Source: Longivirga aurantiaca
GTDB taxonomy: Bacteria > Actinomycetota > Actinomycetes > S36-B12 > CAIYMF01
Assembly (NCBI RefSeq): GCF_042660085.1
Contig: NZ_JBHSTI010000008.1
Coordinates: 1,479,876 to 1,511,875, forward strand
Direction of reading: 5' to 3'
DNA length: 32,000 bases
In this document: one piece after another, positions 1 through 9,708 of the stretch
How the letters are laid out: the number at the start of each line of letters is the position of its first letter
Numbering within the stretch: the first letter of the stretch is position 1
The notes under the pieces: generated by a model
Databases searched by the model: none
Told to the model about the DNA's origin: nothing
Seen by the model: only the letters and a program-made list of their open reading frames with translations
Made by a program: the position numbers and the translations under genes

Positions 1-429
1 CCGGCCGACGAGGCGGCCGTCGCCAAGGCCCTGGCCGAGGGCGGCGACCCGCAGGGCACCGTGCAGGACCCGACCATCACGATCCACACCGCGACCGACC
101 CCCTCGTGCTCTCGCAGAACCAGACGTTCCTCCTCGACCGCTACCGGGCGGCGCAGAAGGCGGGGAAGACCAAGGCGGAGCTCGTGCAGCTCTTCACGGT
201 GGCTCCGGCGACCTACCCGGAGGACCCGGGTGCGCCGTACGGTGCGGGCCACTGCAACTTCACGCCCGAGTCGCGGCTCGCCGTGATCGACCTGCTGGTG
301 CGGTGGGTCCAGGACGGCGTCTACCCCGGCAGGACCGCGATCGCCGACGCGATGGGTACGTCGTCCGGCTACGCGCCTCTCTGGACCCCCGGCCCCTGGC
401 CGGACCCCGAGGCCCTGACGGCGGGCTGA
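1..429 (+). CDS. C-terminal part of an alpha/beta-hydrolase-like protein (5' end outside window)
   Basis: Frame 1 is open from base 1: PADEAAVAKALAEGG...ITIHTATDPLVLSQNQTF...YGAGHCNFTPESRLAVIDLLVRWV. The 'HTxxDPLV' and 'GAGHCNF' segments suggest the Asp/His end of an alpha/beta-hydrolase fold. Confidence 0.6.
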   Translation, partial: PADEAAVAKALAEGGDPQGTVQDPTITIHTATDPLVLSQNQTFLLDRYRAAQKAGKTKAELVQLFTVAPATYPEDPGAPYGAGHCNFTPESRLAVIDLLVRWVQDGVYPGRTAIADAMGTSSGYAPLWTPGPWPDPEALTAG

Positions 430-438
430 GACGGACCG

Positions 439-849
439 TCAGGCCGAGGTGCGTGAGCGACGGGGGCGGGTCGCGACCTGCGCGACGCAGGCAGGCACGG
501 TCTCCAAGGCGCTGTGGTCGCGTGAGCGGTACTGCGAAGGCGTCTCTCCGACGATCTCGGTGAACCTGGCGCTGAAGGATCCCAGCGAGGTGCAGCCGAC
601 GGCCATGCAGGTGTCGGTGACCGACATCCCCTGCCGCAGAAGGGATGCAGCGCGCTCGATACGTCGCGTCATGAGGTACGAGTACGGCGTCTCGCCGTAG
701 GCCGCCCGGAACCTGCGGGAGAAGTGGGCCGGCGACATCAGTGCGGCGCGCGCCATGGTCGGCACGTCCAGGGGCCTCGCGTACTCGCGGTCCATGAGGT
801 CGCGCGCCCGCCGCAGGTGCGCGAGGTCGGCGAGCTCCTCCGGCGTCAT
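439..849 (-). CDS. AraC-family helix-turn-helix transcriptional regulator
   Basis: 136 aa with the typical AraC DNA-binding domain: ARPLDVPTMARAALMSPAHFSRRFRAAYGETPYSYLMTRRIERAASLLR...TDTCMAVGCTSLGSFSARFTEIVGETPSQYR. Confidence 0.92.
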   Translation of the reverse strand: MTPEELADLAHLRRARDLMDREYARPLDVPTMARAALMSPAHFSRRFRAAYGETPYSYLMTRRIERAASLLRQGMSVTDTCMAVGCTSLGSFSARFTEIVGETPSQYRSRDHSALETVPACVAQVATRPRRSRTSA

Positions 850-865
850 GGGACGACGGTACGCG

Positions 866-2059
866 TCAGCGACGGCGGCTGTGGAGCACCGCCCCCGACA
901 CCGTGAGCAGCGCCGCAGCGGCGACGACGCACCAGGCGACGGCGACGGGCGACCCGTGTCCCACCGTGAGCACGAGCACGACGAGGACGACCACCGACCC
1001 CCAGACGAGCCCGGCCGCGGCGGGGTCGTCGGCGGCGAGCCGGTCGTAGAGCACCAGCGACGCCGCGGAGAGTGCGACGCCGGCGAGAACGAAGACGCCG
1101 GCGGACGCGGCGGCCACGTCGTACTCGGGCCCGAGCACGAGCGGCACGAGCCGCGGGCCGAGCAGCACGGCCCCGAGGATCTCGACAGCGCCGAGCACGC
1201 CGAGCAGCAGGGCGGCCCGGGCGAGGGCGCCCCGTTCGCCGCGGGCCAGCCGGGGGAACGCCGCGATCACGACCGCCTGCGGCAGCCAGAAGGCGATCTT
1301 GGCCAGGATGGCGCCGGCGGCGTACTGGCCCGCGTCGCCGGGGTCGAGGATCGCGCGCGCCAGGAGGACGTCCGCGGAGGTCAGCACGAACATCGCGAGC
1401 AGCGCGAAGGTGGCGCGTCCGGTCTCCCACGCCAGGTCGCGCGGCACCCGACCCGGCCAGGGGAGGCGGATGCGGGCCAGCGGCGCCGCCACGAGCCAGC
1501 CGAGCACGGAGCCGACGAGGACGGCGAGCACCGTCGCGGTGACGCTCCGCGTGACGAGGAGGGTGCCGAGCGCGAGACCGCTGCGCAGGACAGCGATGAC
1601 GGCGTACTGGCCGGAGAGGGCGAGGAAGCGGTCGTTGCCCTGGGTGGTCCCGAGGGCGAGACCGGTCAGCGTGAGCGGGAGGAACGCCACGGCCAGCGCC
1701 GCGAGCGGGAGCAGGTCGAGGTCGAGCACCGCCGCCGCGAACGGCACGAGCAGGAGCGCGAGTGCCGCCTCGGCAGCGCCCGCGGACAGCGCGACGTGCC
1801 CGTGCGCGTCGCTGGGTCCGCCGCGGGCGATGCGGCGTGCGACGACGGCCTGGACGGCGAGTGCCACCACGTTGCCGATGAGCAGCACGCCGAGCAGGGC
1901 GCCGAGCTCGCCGAACGACGAGGGTCCGAGCACCCTTGCGCCGACGACGTTGAGCGCGTACCCGAGGACCTGGCCGACGGCGAGCCCGAGGACCAGCAGA
2001 GCGCTGCTGCCGAGCAGTGCCTCACGTCGGGTGACGGACGTCGAGGGAGACTCGCTCAC
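866..2059 (-). CDS. Polysaccharide/lipid flippase-like multi-TM protein (oligosaccharide flippase family)
   Basis: VSESPSTSVTRREALLGSSALLVLGLAVGQVLGYALNVVGARVLGPSSFGELGALLGVLL...; many hydrophobic helices. The ORF track extends to 2359, but a GTG start at 2059 is where membrane-protein composition begins. Confidence 0.8.
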   Translation of the reverse strand: MSESPSTSVTRREALLGSSALLVLGLAVGQVLGYALNVVGARVLGPSSFGELGALLGVLLIGNVVALAVQAVVARRIARGGPSDAHGHVALSAGAAEAALALLLVPFAAAVLDLDLLPLAALAVAFLPLTLTGLALGTTQGNDRFLALSGQYAVIAVLRSGLALGTLLVTRSVTATVLAVLVGSVLGWLVAAPLARIRLPWPGRVPRDLAWETGRATFALLAMFVLTSADVLLARAILDPGDAGQYAAGAILAKIAFWLPQAVVIAAFPRLARGERGALARAALLLGVLGAVEILGAVLLGPRLVPLVLGPEYDVAAASAGVFVLAGVALSAASLVLYDRLAADDPAAAGLVWGSVVVLVVLVLTVGHGSPVAVAWCVVAAAALLTVSGAVLHSRRR

Positions 2060-2131
2060 CCTGCTCCCTCGGTCGTCGCACGCGGACGCGTCAGAATAGG
2101 GCGTTCCCACCCGCCGAAGCCTGGAGGCCGC

Positions 2132-3901
2132 GTGACCCGTCGCGCGCTCTCCCTCGTCTCCGCGCTCGGCCTGGCGGTGCTGGTGCTCGGGCCGGCCCTC
2201 GCCCCGGGGTACGTCCTGCTCTACGACATGGTCTTCGTGCCGCGCCAGGACCTGCTGCCGGCGTCGATCGGGCTCGGCGGCCAGCTGCCCCGCGCGGTCC
2301 CGCAGGACGCCGTGCTCGCAGCGCTCACCACCCTCGCGCCCGGATCGGTGTGGCAGCACCTCGCGCTCCTCGGCGCCGTCGCGGGCGGGGCGCTCGGCGC
2401 TGCCCGACTGCTGAGGGGCGCCGGGGCCGCCGCCCGTGCCGCCGCCGCCGTGCTGTTCGTCTGGAGCGCCTTCTTCGCGGAGAGGCTGCTGCTCGGCAGC
2501 TGGTCGTTGCTCGTGGCGGTCGCCGTCCTCCCGTGGGCGCTGTCGGCGGCGATCGACGCGCGCCGCGCGCTGCCCGGTGCTGCCGCCCGTCTGATCCTGC
2601 TCGTCGGCCTGGCGAGCCTCACTCCGACCGGCGGCATCCTCGCCTGCCTCCTGGCCGGACCTGTCGCCCTCGGGCCCGGCTCACGGCTCGGCCGGGCCCG
2701 CCGTGCGTGGACGGCTCTCGCGCTGGTGGCGCTGCAGCTGCCCTGGCTGGTGCCGTCGCTGCTCCATCCTGCGGCGGGAGCGTCGGATCCCAACGGGCTC
2801 AAGGCCTTCGCTCTGCGGGCCGAAGGCCCGTGGGGTGCTCTCGTCACTGCGCTGGGCACGGGTGGTGTGTGGAACGGCGAGGTCGTCCTCGGCTCGCGGT
2901 CGACCTTCCTCGCACCCCTCGCCGCGGTGCTGCTCACGGTGCTCGTCGTCCTCGGAGCACCAGCGCTGGTGAGGCACCTCGGCCGCGCCGCCGCGCTCTG
3001 GCTCGTGGTCTGCGCCGTCGCGGGGATCGTCGTCGCGGTCGCCGGTGCGTGGGGACCGACCCGACCGCTCGTGCTCGCCGCCGTGGACGCGCTCCCTGGG
3101 GGAGGGCTGCTGCGCGACGGGCAGAAGTGGTTGGCCCCGTGGACGCTGCTGGTCGCCGTCGCGGCGCCGCTCGGTCTGGGTCGGATCGCGGAGCGCTCGC
3201 GCGACGCCACGGTGCGCGCGACGCTGGCGGTCGGGCTCGTGCTGCTGCCGATGGCGACCATGCCCGACCTCGTCTGGGGCGGTCTCGGCCGTATGCAGAC
3301 GACGAGCTACCCGGACGACTGGGCCGAGGTGCGGACCGTGCTCGAGGCCGACGCCGCTGGCGGCGACGTCGCGGTGCTCCCGTGGTCGGCGTTCCGTGCG
3401 TTCGCCTGGAACGGCGGGCGCACGTCGCTGGACCCGGCTCCGCGCTACCTCCCACGGCCGACCGTGGTCGACGACACGCTGCTCGTGGCTCGTCCGGACG
3501 GCACCGTGCTCCGGGTCAGCGGCGAGGACCCTCGGGCGGCCGTCGTCGGCGCCGCGCTCGACGCCGGGAGGCCGCTCGCCCAGACACTGCCGGCGCTCGG
3601 CGTGCGGTACGTGGTCGTCGAGCTGACGACACCCGGGCCTGATGTCGGATCGGCGCTCGACGGGCTGACCCCGGTCGTGCGGGGCAGCACGCTGGAGCTC
3701 TGGTCCGTGCCGGGCACGGTGGCGCCGCCAACCGGGCCGAGCGCGCGCGACCTCGTCCTGGTCGTGCTCGCGTGGGTGGCTGCAGGTCTCGTCCTGATCA
3801 CGGCTGGGCTGCAGGTAGGACGCGCGTACACCGGAGGGCGACGCAGGGACCCTGGTCTTGCTACCCTCCGGGCAGTCGACCAGTCCAAGGAGAACACGTG
3901 A
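2132..3901 (+). CDS. Large multi-TM membrane protein, possibly GT-C/arabinofuranosyltransferase-like envelope protein
   Basis: In-frame GTG at 2132 inside ORF 755..3901: VTRRALSLVSALGLAVLVLGPALAPGYVLLYDMVFVPRQDLLPASIGLGG... Alternating hydrophobic segments and a periplasmic C-terminal region. The upstream 459 codons are low-complexity antisense of the flippase. Confidence 0.75.
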   Translation: MTRRALSLVSALGLAVLVLGPALAPGYVLLYDMVFVPRQDLLPASIGLGGQLPRAVPQDAVLAALTTLAPGSVWQHLALLGAVAGGALGAARLLRGAGAAARAAAAVLFVWSAFFAERLLLGSWSLLVAVAVLPWALSAAIDARRALPGAAARLILLVGLASLTPTGGILACLLAGPVALGPGSRLGRARRAWTALALVALQLPWLVPSLLHPAAGASDPNGLKAFALRAEGPWGALVTALGTGGVWNGEVVLGSRSTFLAPLAAVLLTVLVVLGAPALVRHLGRAAALWLVVCAVAGIVVAVAGAWGPTRPLVLAAVDALPGGGLLRDGQKWLAPWTLLVAVAAPLGLGRIAERSRDATVRATLAVGLVLLPMATMPDLVWGGLGRMQTTSYPDDWAEVRTVLEADAAGGDVAVLPWSAFRAFAWNGGRTSLDPAPRYLPRPTVVDDTLLVARPDGTVLRVSGEDPRAAVVGAALDAGRPLAQTLPALGVRYVVVELTTPGPDVGSALDGLTPVVRGSTLELWSVPGTVAPPTGPSARDLVLVVLAWVAAGLVLITAGLQVGRAYTGGRRRDPGLATLRAVDQSKENT

Positions 3902-4038
3902 GCGGGATCGCAGGGGCACTCATCGCCGCCGTCGTCGGAGGCGTGATCGCCGGAGGCGCGTCGTTCGGCCTCGTGTCGTCGCAGACCGCCGTCCCGGCTC
4001 CGGTCGACAGGGAGTACGTCGTCTACGGCACCAACTAG
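3898..4038 (+). CDS. DUF2613-like small membrane protein (46 aa)
   Basis: VSGIAGALIAAVVGGVIAGGASFGLVSSQTAVPAPVDREYVVYGTN*. GTGA overlap with the upstream gene's stop codon. Resembles the short actinobacterial DUF2613 family. Confidence 0.7.
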   Translation: MSGIAGALIAAVVGGVIAGGASFGLVSSQTAVPAPVDREYVVYGTN

Positions 4039-4044
4039 AGCCTT

Positions 4045-4061
4045 TCCCGGGCGAACCGGGA
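4045..4061. terminator. Weak candidate bidirectional hairpin between convergent genes
   Basis: TCCCGG-GCGAA-CCGGGA inverted repeat just after the 4038 stop codon. No T tract. Confidence 0.25.
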
Positions 4062-4131
4062 CACCACGAGGCTCGCGCGGACGATGTCCGCGCGGGCCTC
4101 GTCGTGCCAGGTGGGTGGGGCTGCGGGAGGG

Positions 4132-4878
4132 CTAGTACGGGTCGTACGGCGAGTCGTGCTTCATCGCCTTGAGCACCGGCGTCGCGTGCAGGCGACGGGC
4201 GGCCTTGATCGTGACGTTGCGGCTGAACCACGGCAGCTCTGCCATGAGCCGCTTGCGATCCGCGCCGGTCGGTGCGGCCCGGTCGAACACCGCCATCGTG
4301 GTCTCGCGCCGGAGGTAGCGCAGCCGTCCGCGCACCAGCACGTGGTGCAGGAGCGCCGAGGTGACGCCGACCGAGCAGAACGAGTCGTGGATCAGCGTCA
4401 GGGCGCCGAGCGACAGGTGCTCGGTCCAGCCGAGGTCGTCCACGACGGTCCAGTAGTCGTGCTTGCCGTCGATGTAGAGCAGGTCGATGTCGCCGCTCCA
4501 CGTCGTCAACGCGTCCTGCGACTTCATCGGGAGCAGGTCCACGACACCGGTCAGGCCGGCCGCGGCGATGTTCGCCTCGAACTTCGCCCGCGTCGACTGG
4601 CCGCCGAACATCGCCCCTTCGACGAACGGGTCGATCGCGGTGACACGAGCGCCGACCGAGGCGGCGGCGAGGCCGAGCACGACGGTCGAACGCCCCTGGT
4701 GGCTGCCGATCTCGACGATCCGGCCACCTGGCGTCAGGTGGCGTGCGGAGTCCCACAGGAGCCGGCCCTGCGCCTCGGTGAGCCAGCCGCCGACCGTGTC
4801 GGCGAGGGCCCAGGCGTCCTCGAAACGCACTGCATCACCCGCTGGGGTTCCGGAGGGGGTCGTCGGCACGGGCGTCAC
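4132..4878 (-). CDS. Class I SAM-dependent methyltransferase
   Basis: VTPVPTTPSGTPAGDAVRFEDAW...GGRIVEIGSHQGRSTVVLGLAAASVGARVTAIDPF...DLLYIDGKHDYWTVVDDLGWTEHLSLGALTLIHDSF. GTG start at 4878 chosen over the longer ORF to 5226. Confidence 0.82.
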   Translation of the reverse strand: MTPVPTTPSGTPAGDAVRFEDAWALADTVGGWLTEAQGRLLWDSARHLTPGGRIVEIGSHQGRSTVVLGLAAASVGARVTAIDPFVEGAMFGGQSTRAKFEANIAAAGLTGVVDLLPMKSQDALTTWSGDIDLLYIDGKHDYWTVVDDLGWTEHLSLGALTLIHDSFCSVGVTSALLHHVLVRGRLRYLRRETTMAVFDRAAPTGADRKRLMAELPWFSRNVTIKAARRLHATPVLKAMKHDSPYDPY

Positions 4879-4892
4879 CTTATGCTGCGCCG

Positions 4893-7800
4893 GTGGCGGT
4901 GACCGAAGGCCCGGCGTACGCGGGCCCCCGGCACGAGCAGCGGTCGGGTAGGCGCAGCGCGCGCATCGCCGACGCCGTGGTGCTCGGGGTGCTGGCGGTC
5001 GTGCTCCTGACGCAGGATCCGGGCCGGACGCGCTTCGACACCAAGCTCGACCTCGTCGTGGATCCGTGGGGCTTCCTCGCCCGCGCGTTCTCGGCCTGGG
5101 ACTCCTCGGCCGGGTTCGGCCAGCTGCAGAACCAGGCGTACGGCTACCTCTTCCCGATGGGCCCGTTCTTCGGCGTCGCGCACTCCGCAGGACTGCCGAC
5201 CTGGCTGACCCAGGCGCTATGGGCATGGGTGCTGCTGGCCGTCGCCTACCTCGGCCTGAGGGTGCTCGCGACGCGCCTGGGGCTCCCGTGGTACGCCGCG
5301 GTGCTCGGTGCCGCGGCCTACGCGCTGGCGCCGCGCATGGTCACGGTGATCGGTCCGCTCTCGGCGGAGGCGCTGCCCGCCGCGCTGCTGCCCTGGACCC
5401 TCGTGCCGCTCGTACGGCCCGGCGCCACCGTGCGTCGCACGGCCTTCCTGGCCGCGCTGCCCGTGCTCCTCATGGGGGCCGCGAACGCGACCCTGACCCT
5501 CGCCGTGCTCCCGGTGACGGCGGTCTGGATCGTCACGCGGGGCGCCGGCCGCTGGCGCCTGCTCGCGTGGTGGTCGGGCTTCGTCGCCGCCTTCACCGCC
5601 TGGTGGATCGTGCCGCTGCTCGTGCAGGCGAGGTACGCGACGCCGTTCCTGTCGTTCATCGAGAGCGGGCGCGACACGACGTCGGGCCTCACACCCGCGG
5701 AGGTGCTGCGCGGCGACGTCCACTGGGTTGCCGGCTTCGTCGACCTCGGCGTGCCGTGGTGGCCCGCGGGCTACCAGTACGCCGCGGTCACGACCTACGT
5801 CGTGCTCACCCTGCTCGTCGCCGCGGTGTCGGTGCTCGGCCTCGCCGGCTCGCGCATGCCCGAGCGACGGGCGAACGCGACGGCGGCGCTCCTCGGTCTG
5901 GTCGTCCTCGCGGCCGGCTCGTCGCTCGCGCCGGGGCGCAGCGTCTGGTGGATGCTGCTCGACGGCCCGTTGGCGCCGTTCCGCAACGTGCACAAGTTCG
6001 ACCCGATGCTGCGGCTGCCGCTCGCCCTGGGCTTCGCGGCCGGGATCGCCTGGGTGACCGTGCAGGTCTCGCAGCGGATGCGCCGCAGGGCACGGGCGGG
6101 CGACCTCCCGCCGCCGTGGCCCGCACTCCCGGGGCTCGCGGCGGTGGCGCTGCTCGCCGTCGTCGCCGTACCGCTCGTCTCGCCAGGCATCGCCGCGGGA
6201 CGCACCTGGACGCAGATCCCGCCGTGGTGGCAGCAGACAGCCGACTGGCTCGCCGGGCCCGGAGGCGGCGAGCGCGCGCTGGTCGTCCCGGGCTCGGGCT
6301 TCGGGCGCTACCTGTGGGGCCGCACGATCGACGAGCCGCTGCAGCCGCTGTCCGACAGCCCGTGGGCGATCGACAACGACCTGCCGCTGGGGAGCATCGG
6401 GAGCGCTCGTTTGCTCGACAGCATCTCGATGGCGCTGCGCACCGGGCATGCCGCTCCGGGGCTCGCAGACACGTTGCGCCGCAGCGGCATCCGCTATGTC
6501 GTCGTGCGCAACGACATCGACTCCGACCGCGCGCTCGCGCCGTCGCGCTCGGTGGTGGCGGCGACGCTCCAGGCGAGCGAGGGCGTCGAGCTCGCCGCCG
6601 GTTTCGGCGACGACGTGGTGCAGGGGAGCGCGATCACCACGGTCGACTTCGACCGCGACGCCTCCCGTCCCGCCATCGAGGTCTACCGCGTCGTGGGCGC
6701 TGCGCCAATCGTCTCCGCGACGCCCCTGTCGCAGGTACGCGTGATGACCGGCGGGCCCGAGTCGCTCCTGCCCGCGGCTGCCGCCGACCTCCTGCGCAGC
6801 TCAGACCCCGTGGTCTTCACCGGTGACTCGCCGCCCGCGTCTGCGGGCGGCGGACTGGTGCTGACCGATGGGCTCCTGCGGCGCGACCGCGCGCTCGGCC
6901 GGGGCGACGACTCGCTCTCGGCGGTGCTCACGGCCGAGGAGTCGAGCCGGCTCTACCGCCGGGGCACCGACCTCGTCCCCTTCGCCGCGCCGGAGCTCAC
7001 GACCGCGTCGTACGACGGGATCCGGGCGCTCTCGGCGTCGACGTCGCAGGCCTTCGCCGATGCGGTGGGCAGCCTGCGCGTCGAACGTCAGCCCTTCGCG
7101 GCGTTGGACGGCGCCCTCACCAGCTGGTGGCAGTCGAGCGTCGTCACCGGTCCGGTCGGGCAGTGGTGGCAGGTCGACCTCCTCGGGCCCACGGACCTGC
7201 GCGGCATGACGGTGACGCTCGCGCAGAGCCCGTTCGTCGGCGGCCGGGTGACGCGTGTGCAGCTCACCACCGACGTCGGGTCGTGGACGGCGGACGTCGA
7301 CGCCGCCGGCACGATCGGCCCGCAGCGCGTGGACGCCCTGGTCGGTGCGTCGACGCTGCGGGTGACGGCGCTCGAGGCCGAGGCGGCCGTCGGCGACTTC
7401 GGGATCCGCGAGGTCGCCCTGCCCACCGTCGAGGCGTCCCGGCCGCTGCTGCTCGCGGCCGCGCCGGCCGGTCGGGCGGCGGACACGTCGGTGGTGCTCA
7501 CCGCGGTGTCGCCCGCGCGGAACGCCTGCGCGAGCGTGGACGACGAGGTGCGCTGCGACCCGACCGCCACCCGCTCCGAGGGCGACGCCGGGGTGCTCGA
7601 CCGGTCGCTCACCGTCGGCTCGGTCGTCACGGGCGACCTGCGGATCTCGGGCGTGATCCGCTCCGGCCCGGGCGCCGCGGGGCTCTTCGACCCGGTGGGG
7701 GCGGGGATCACCGCTCGCGCATCGAGCTGGCTGGGCAGCGACGTGCGCGTGCGACCGTCCGCCGCGGTGGACGGCGACCCGGGCACACGCTGGGTCGCGG

Positions 7801-8966
7801 ACGTCGGCGACACCGCGCCGGTGCTCACGCTCGACCTGGGCCAGACGCGGCAGATCTCGTCGCTGAGGTTCGTGACAGGCACGGGAGGCCAGCGGTTCAG
7901 CACGCCTCTCGCCGTCACCGTGGTGGTGGGCGGCCGGAGCGTCGAGGCAGACCTGCGGTCCTCTCCTGTGGTGACGTTCCCGCCGACGCCGGCCTCACGC
8001 GTCACTGTGACCGTACGTCGGAGCACACCTGTCGCCTCCGTCGACGGCGCCTCGGGACGGGCGACGCAGGCGCCGGTAGCGGTGGACGAGGTGGTCCTCG
8101 CCGGCGCCGAGGACCTCGTCTATCGCCCCGACCTCGCGGCTGCGACAGGGGCGCTCTGCGGTCTCGGCCCGACGGTCGTCATCGACGGCTCGGAGCGGTC
8201 GACCCTCGTCACCACCACGCTGGCCGACGTCCTGCGCGGCGCGGAGGCGAGCGTGCGGGTGTGCCGCGGGAACGCGGGGGTGACCCTCTCTCCGGGGACC
8301 CACCGCGTAACCGTGCGGGGCACCGCGCTGGTCGACCCGGTCCGGGTCGCGTGGGGCAGCACCTCGCCGCCGGCGGCCGGGCGCCTCACCGTGGTGACCG
8401 CCTGGGACGAGACCAGACGCACGGTCATGGTCGCAAGCGGGCCGGAATCGGTTCTGCGCGTCGCGGAGTCGGCAAACGCGGGATGGGTCGCGACGCTCGA
8501 CGACCAGGTCCTCACCCCGGTCCGCCTCGACGGCTGGCAGCAGGGCTGGATCGTCCCGGCCGGGGCGTCGGGCGTCGTCACCCTCGAGTACCGGCCCACG
8601 TCGGTGCAGCAGTCGGGCCTGCTCGCCGGCGCAGTGCTCGCGCTCCTGGGGCTCCTGCTGGGCCTCGTCGCACCGGGGCGCGGCTCCCGGTGGTCGCGCG
8701 CAGCGTCCCGGCCGATGCCCCTCGCCGCCGTGGTGGTCGTCCAGGTCGGCGTCGCCGTCCTGCTGCTCGGCGTGGTCGGCATCGTGGCGGGGGCGGCCGC
8801 CGCGGTCGGGGTGGGACGGCGCTGGTCGTCCGTCGTGGCCGGTGCGTCGGTGCTGGGGGCGGCGGCGGCCGCAGGTGCCGGCGCTCCGACGGCGCTCACG
8901 AGCGCCCTTGCCCTCGGGGGCCTTCTGCTCGCGCTCGGCACCGCCCTCAGGCGTCGCGGCGGATGA
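4893..8966 (+). CDS. Giant membrane protein resembling alpha-(1->3)-arabinofuranosyltransferase family (AftD/DUF3367), with discoidin-like domains
   Basis: 1357 aa. N-terminal GT-C-like multi-TM region (TRFDTKLDLVVDPWGFLARAFSAWDSSAGFGQLQNQAYGYLFPMGPFF...) and long periplasmic region with two beta-sandwich-like blocks (LTSWWQSSVVTGPVGQWWQVDLLGPTDLRGMTVTL; AVDGDPGTRWVADVGDTAPVLTLDLGQTRQISSLRFVT). C-terminal TM pair. Confidence 0.82.
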   Translation: MAVTEGPAYAGPRHEQRSGRRSARIADAVVLGVLAVVLLTQDPGRTRFDTKLDLVVDPWGFLARAFSAWDSSAGFGQLQNQAYGYLFPMGPFFGVAHSAGLPTWLTQALWAWVLLAVAYLGLRVLATRLGLPWYAAVLGAAAYALAPRMVTVIGPLSAEALPAALLPWTLVPLVRPGATVRRTAFLAALPVLLMGAANATLTLAVLPVTAVWIVTRGAGRWRLLAWWSGFVAAFTAWWIVPLLVQARYATPFLSFIESGRDTTSGLTPAEVLRGDVHWVAGFVDLGVPWWPAGYQYAAVTTYVVLTLLVAAVSVLGLAGSRMPERRANATAALLGLVVLAAGSSLAPGRSVWWMLLDGPLAPFRNVHKFDPMLRLPLALGFAAGIAWVTVQVSQRMRRRARAGDLPPPWPALPGLAAVALLAVVAVPLVSPGIAAGRTWTQIPPWWQQTADWLAGPGGGERALVVPGSGFGRYLWGRTIDEPLQPLSDSPWAIDNDLPLGSIGSARLLDSISMALRTGHAAPGLADTLRRSGIRYVVVRNDIDSDRALAPSRSVVAATLQASEGVELAAGFGDDVVQGSAITTVDFDRDASRPAIEVYRVVGAAPIVSATPLSQVRVMTGGPESLLPAAAADLLRSSDPVVFTGDSPPASAGGGLVLTDGLLRRDRALGRGDDSLSAVLTAEESSRLYRRGTDLVPFAAPELTTASYDGIRALSASTSQAFADAVGSLRVERQPFAALDGALTSWWQSSVVTGPVGQWWQVDLLGPTDLRGMTVTLAQSPFVGGRVTRVQLTTDVGSWTADVDAAGTIGPQRVDALVGASTLRVTALEAEAAVGDFGIREVALPTVEASRPLLLAAAPAGRAADTSVVLTAVSPARNACASVDDEVRCDPTATRSEGDAGVLDRSLTVGSVVTGDLRISGVIRSGPGAAGLFDPVGAGITARASSWLGSDVRVRPSAAVDGDPGTRWVADVGDTAPVLTLDLGQTRQISSLRFVTGTGGQRFSTPLAVTVVVGGRSVEADLRSSPVVTFPPTPASRVTVTVRRSTPVASVDGASGRATQAPVAVDEVVLAGAEDLVYRPDLAAATGALCGLGPTVVIDGSERSTLVTTTLADVLRGAEASVRVCRGNAGVTLSPGTHRVTVRGTALVDPVRVAWGSTSPPAAGRLTVVTAWDETRRTVMVASGPESVLRVAESANAGWVATLDDQVLTPVRLDGWQQGWIVPAGASGVVTLEYRPTSVQQSGLLAGAVLALLGLLLGLVAPGRGSRWSRAASRPMPLAAVVVVQVGVAVLLLGVVGIVAGAAAAVGVGRRWSSVVAGASVLGAAAAAGAGAPTALTSALALGGLLLALGTALRRRGG

Positions 8967-9708
8967 GGATGCGGCGGTAGTGCCAGTGACCGCCGTACGA
9001 CGGGTCGTCCCAGTGGTCGAGCACCTGGCCGCCTGATGCCGACACCACCTGCTCCACCTGCTCGAGCGTGAGCTGCTGCATGCGCATCGGCGCCGGATAG
9101 CCGAGCACCCTGCGCTGCAGCCAGCCGTACAGGCCCGGGGGCAGGAACCGGAAGGCGCGCCCCTTGATCGAGGTGTCGGGCTGGTCGGCCACCTGCACCA
9201 GCGCCGTCCCGCCCGGGCGCAGCACGCGCAGGAACTCGCCGACGTACCCGATCGCGAGCTCGGCAGGCATGTGCTGCAGGACGAGGCTCGTGTAGACGAG
9301 GTCGACCGTGGCGTCCCGCAGCGGCAGCACCGGCGACGAGCTGAGGACCGGGCTGAACCGGGCCACCACGTCCTCGGGGACGACGTCACGCGACCGGCGG
9401 AGCATCGGCTCGGAGATGTCTACTCCCACGACATGCCTCGTGCGCGCCGCGAGCGCAGAGCTGAGACGCCCGACGCCGCAGCCGAAGTCGAGCACCACGG
9501 CGTCCGGGGAGGGCTCGAGTCCGGTCGCCCGCGCGTGCTGGCTCCACGACTCCGCGATCTCGCGGCTACCCGTGGCCAGGAACTCGGTGACGTCCCAGCG
9601 GTCCCCGCGCACGCCGTCCTTGACGTAGACCGCCCAGAGCGGGTCGGCGGCCCCCAGGGTCTCCCAATCGGCGCGGAGGCGGCGGAGCTCGTCGTCCTCA
9701 GAGCTCAC
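8947..9708 (-). CDS. Class I SAM-dependent methyltransferase
   Basis: VSSEDDELRRLRADWETLGAADPLWAVYVKDG...VVLDFGCGVGRLSSALAARTRHVVGVDISEPMLRRSRDV...VYTSLVLQHMPAELA...LRVLRPGGTALVQV. GTG at 9708 overlaps the stop of the upstream glycosyltransferase. Confidence 0.88.
   Translation of the reverse strand: MSSEDDELRRLRADWETLGAADPLWAVYVKDGVRGDRWDVTEFLATGSREIAESWSQHARATGLEPSPDAVVLDFGCGVGRLSSALAARTRHVVGVDISEPMLRRSRDVVPEDVVARFSPVLSSSPVLPLRDATVDLVYTSLVLQHMPAELAIGYVGEFLRVLRPGGTALVQVADQPDTSIKGRAFRFLPPGLYGWLQRRVLGYPAPMRMQQLTLEQVEQVVSASGGQVLDHWDDPSYGGHWHYRRILIRRDA

Noticed and set aside
755-2131. N-terminal extension of ORF 755..3901
   Set aside because: The region is antisense to the flippase gene and low-complexity. 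The GTG at 2132 begins a convincing membrane protein.
7127-8980. 617-aa plus-strand ORF in a different frame within the AftD-like gene
   Set aside because: Arg/Gly/Ala-rich off-frame translation. The 4893..8966 frame has coherent TM and beta-domain composition.
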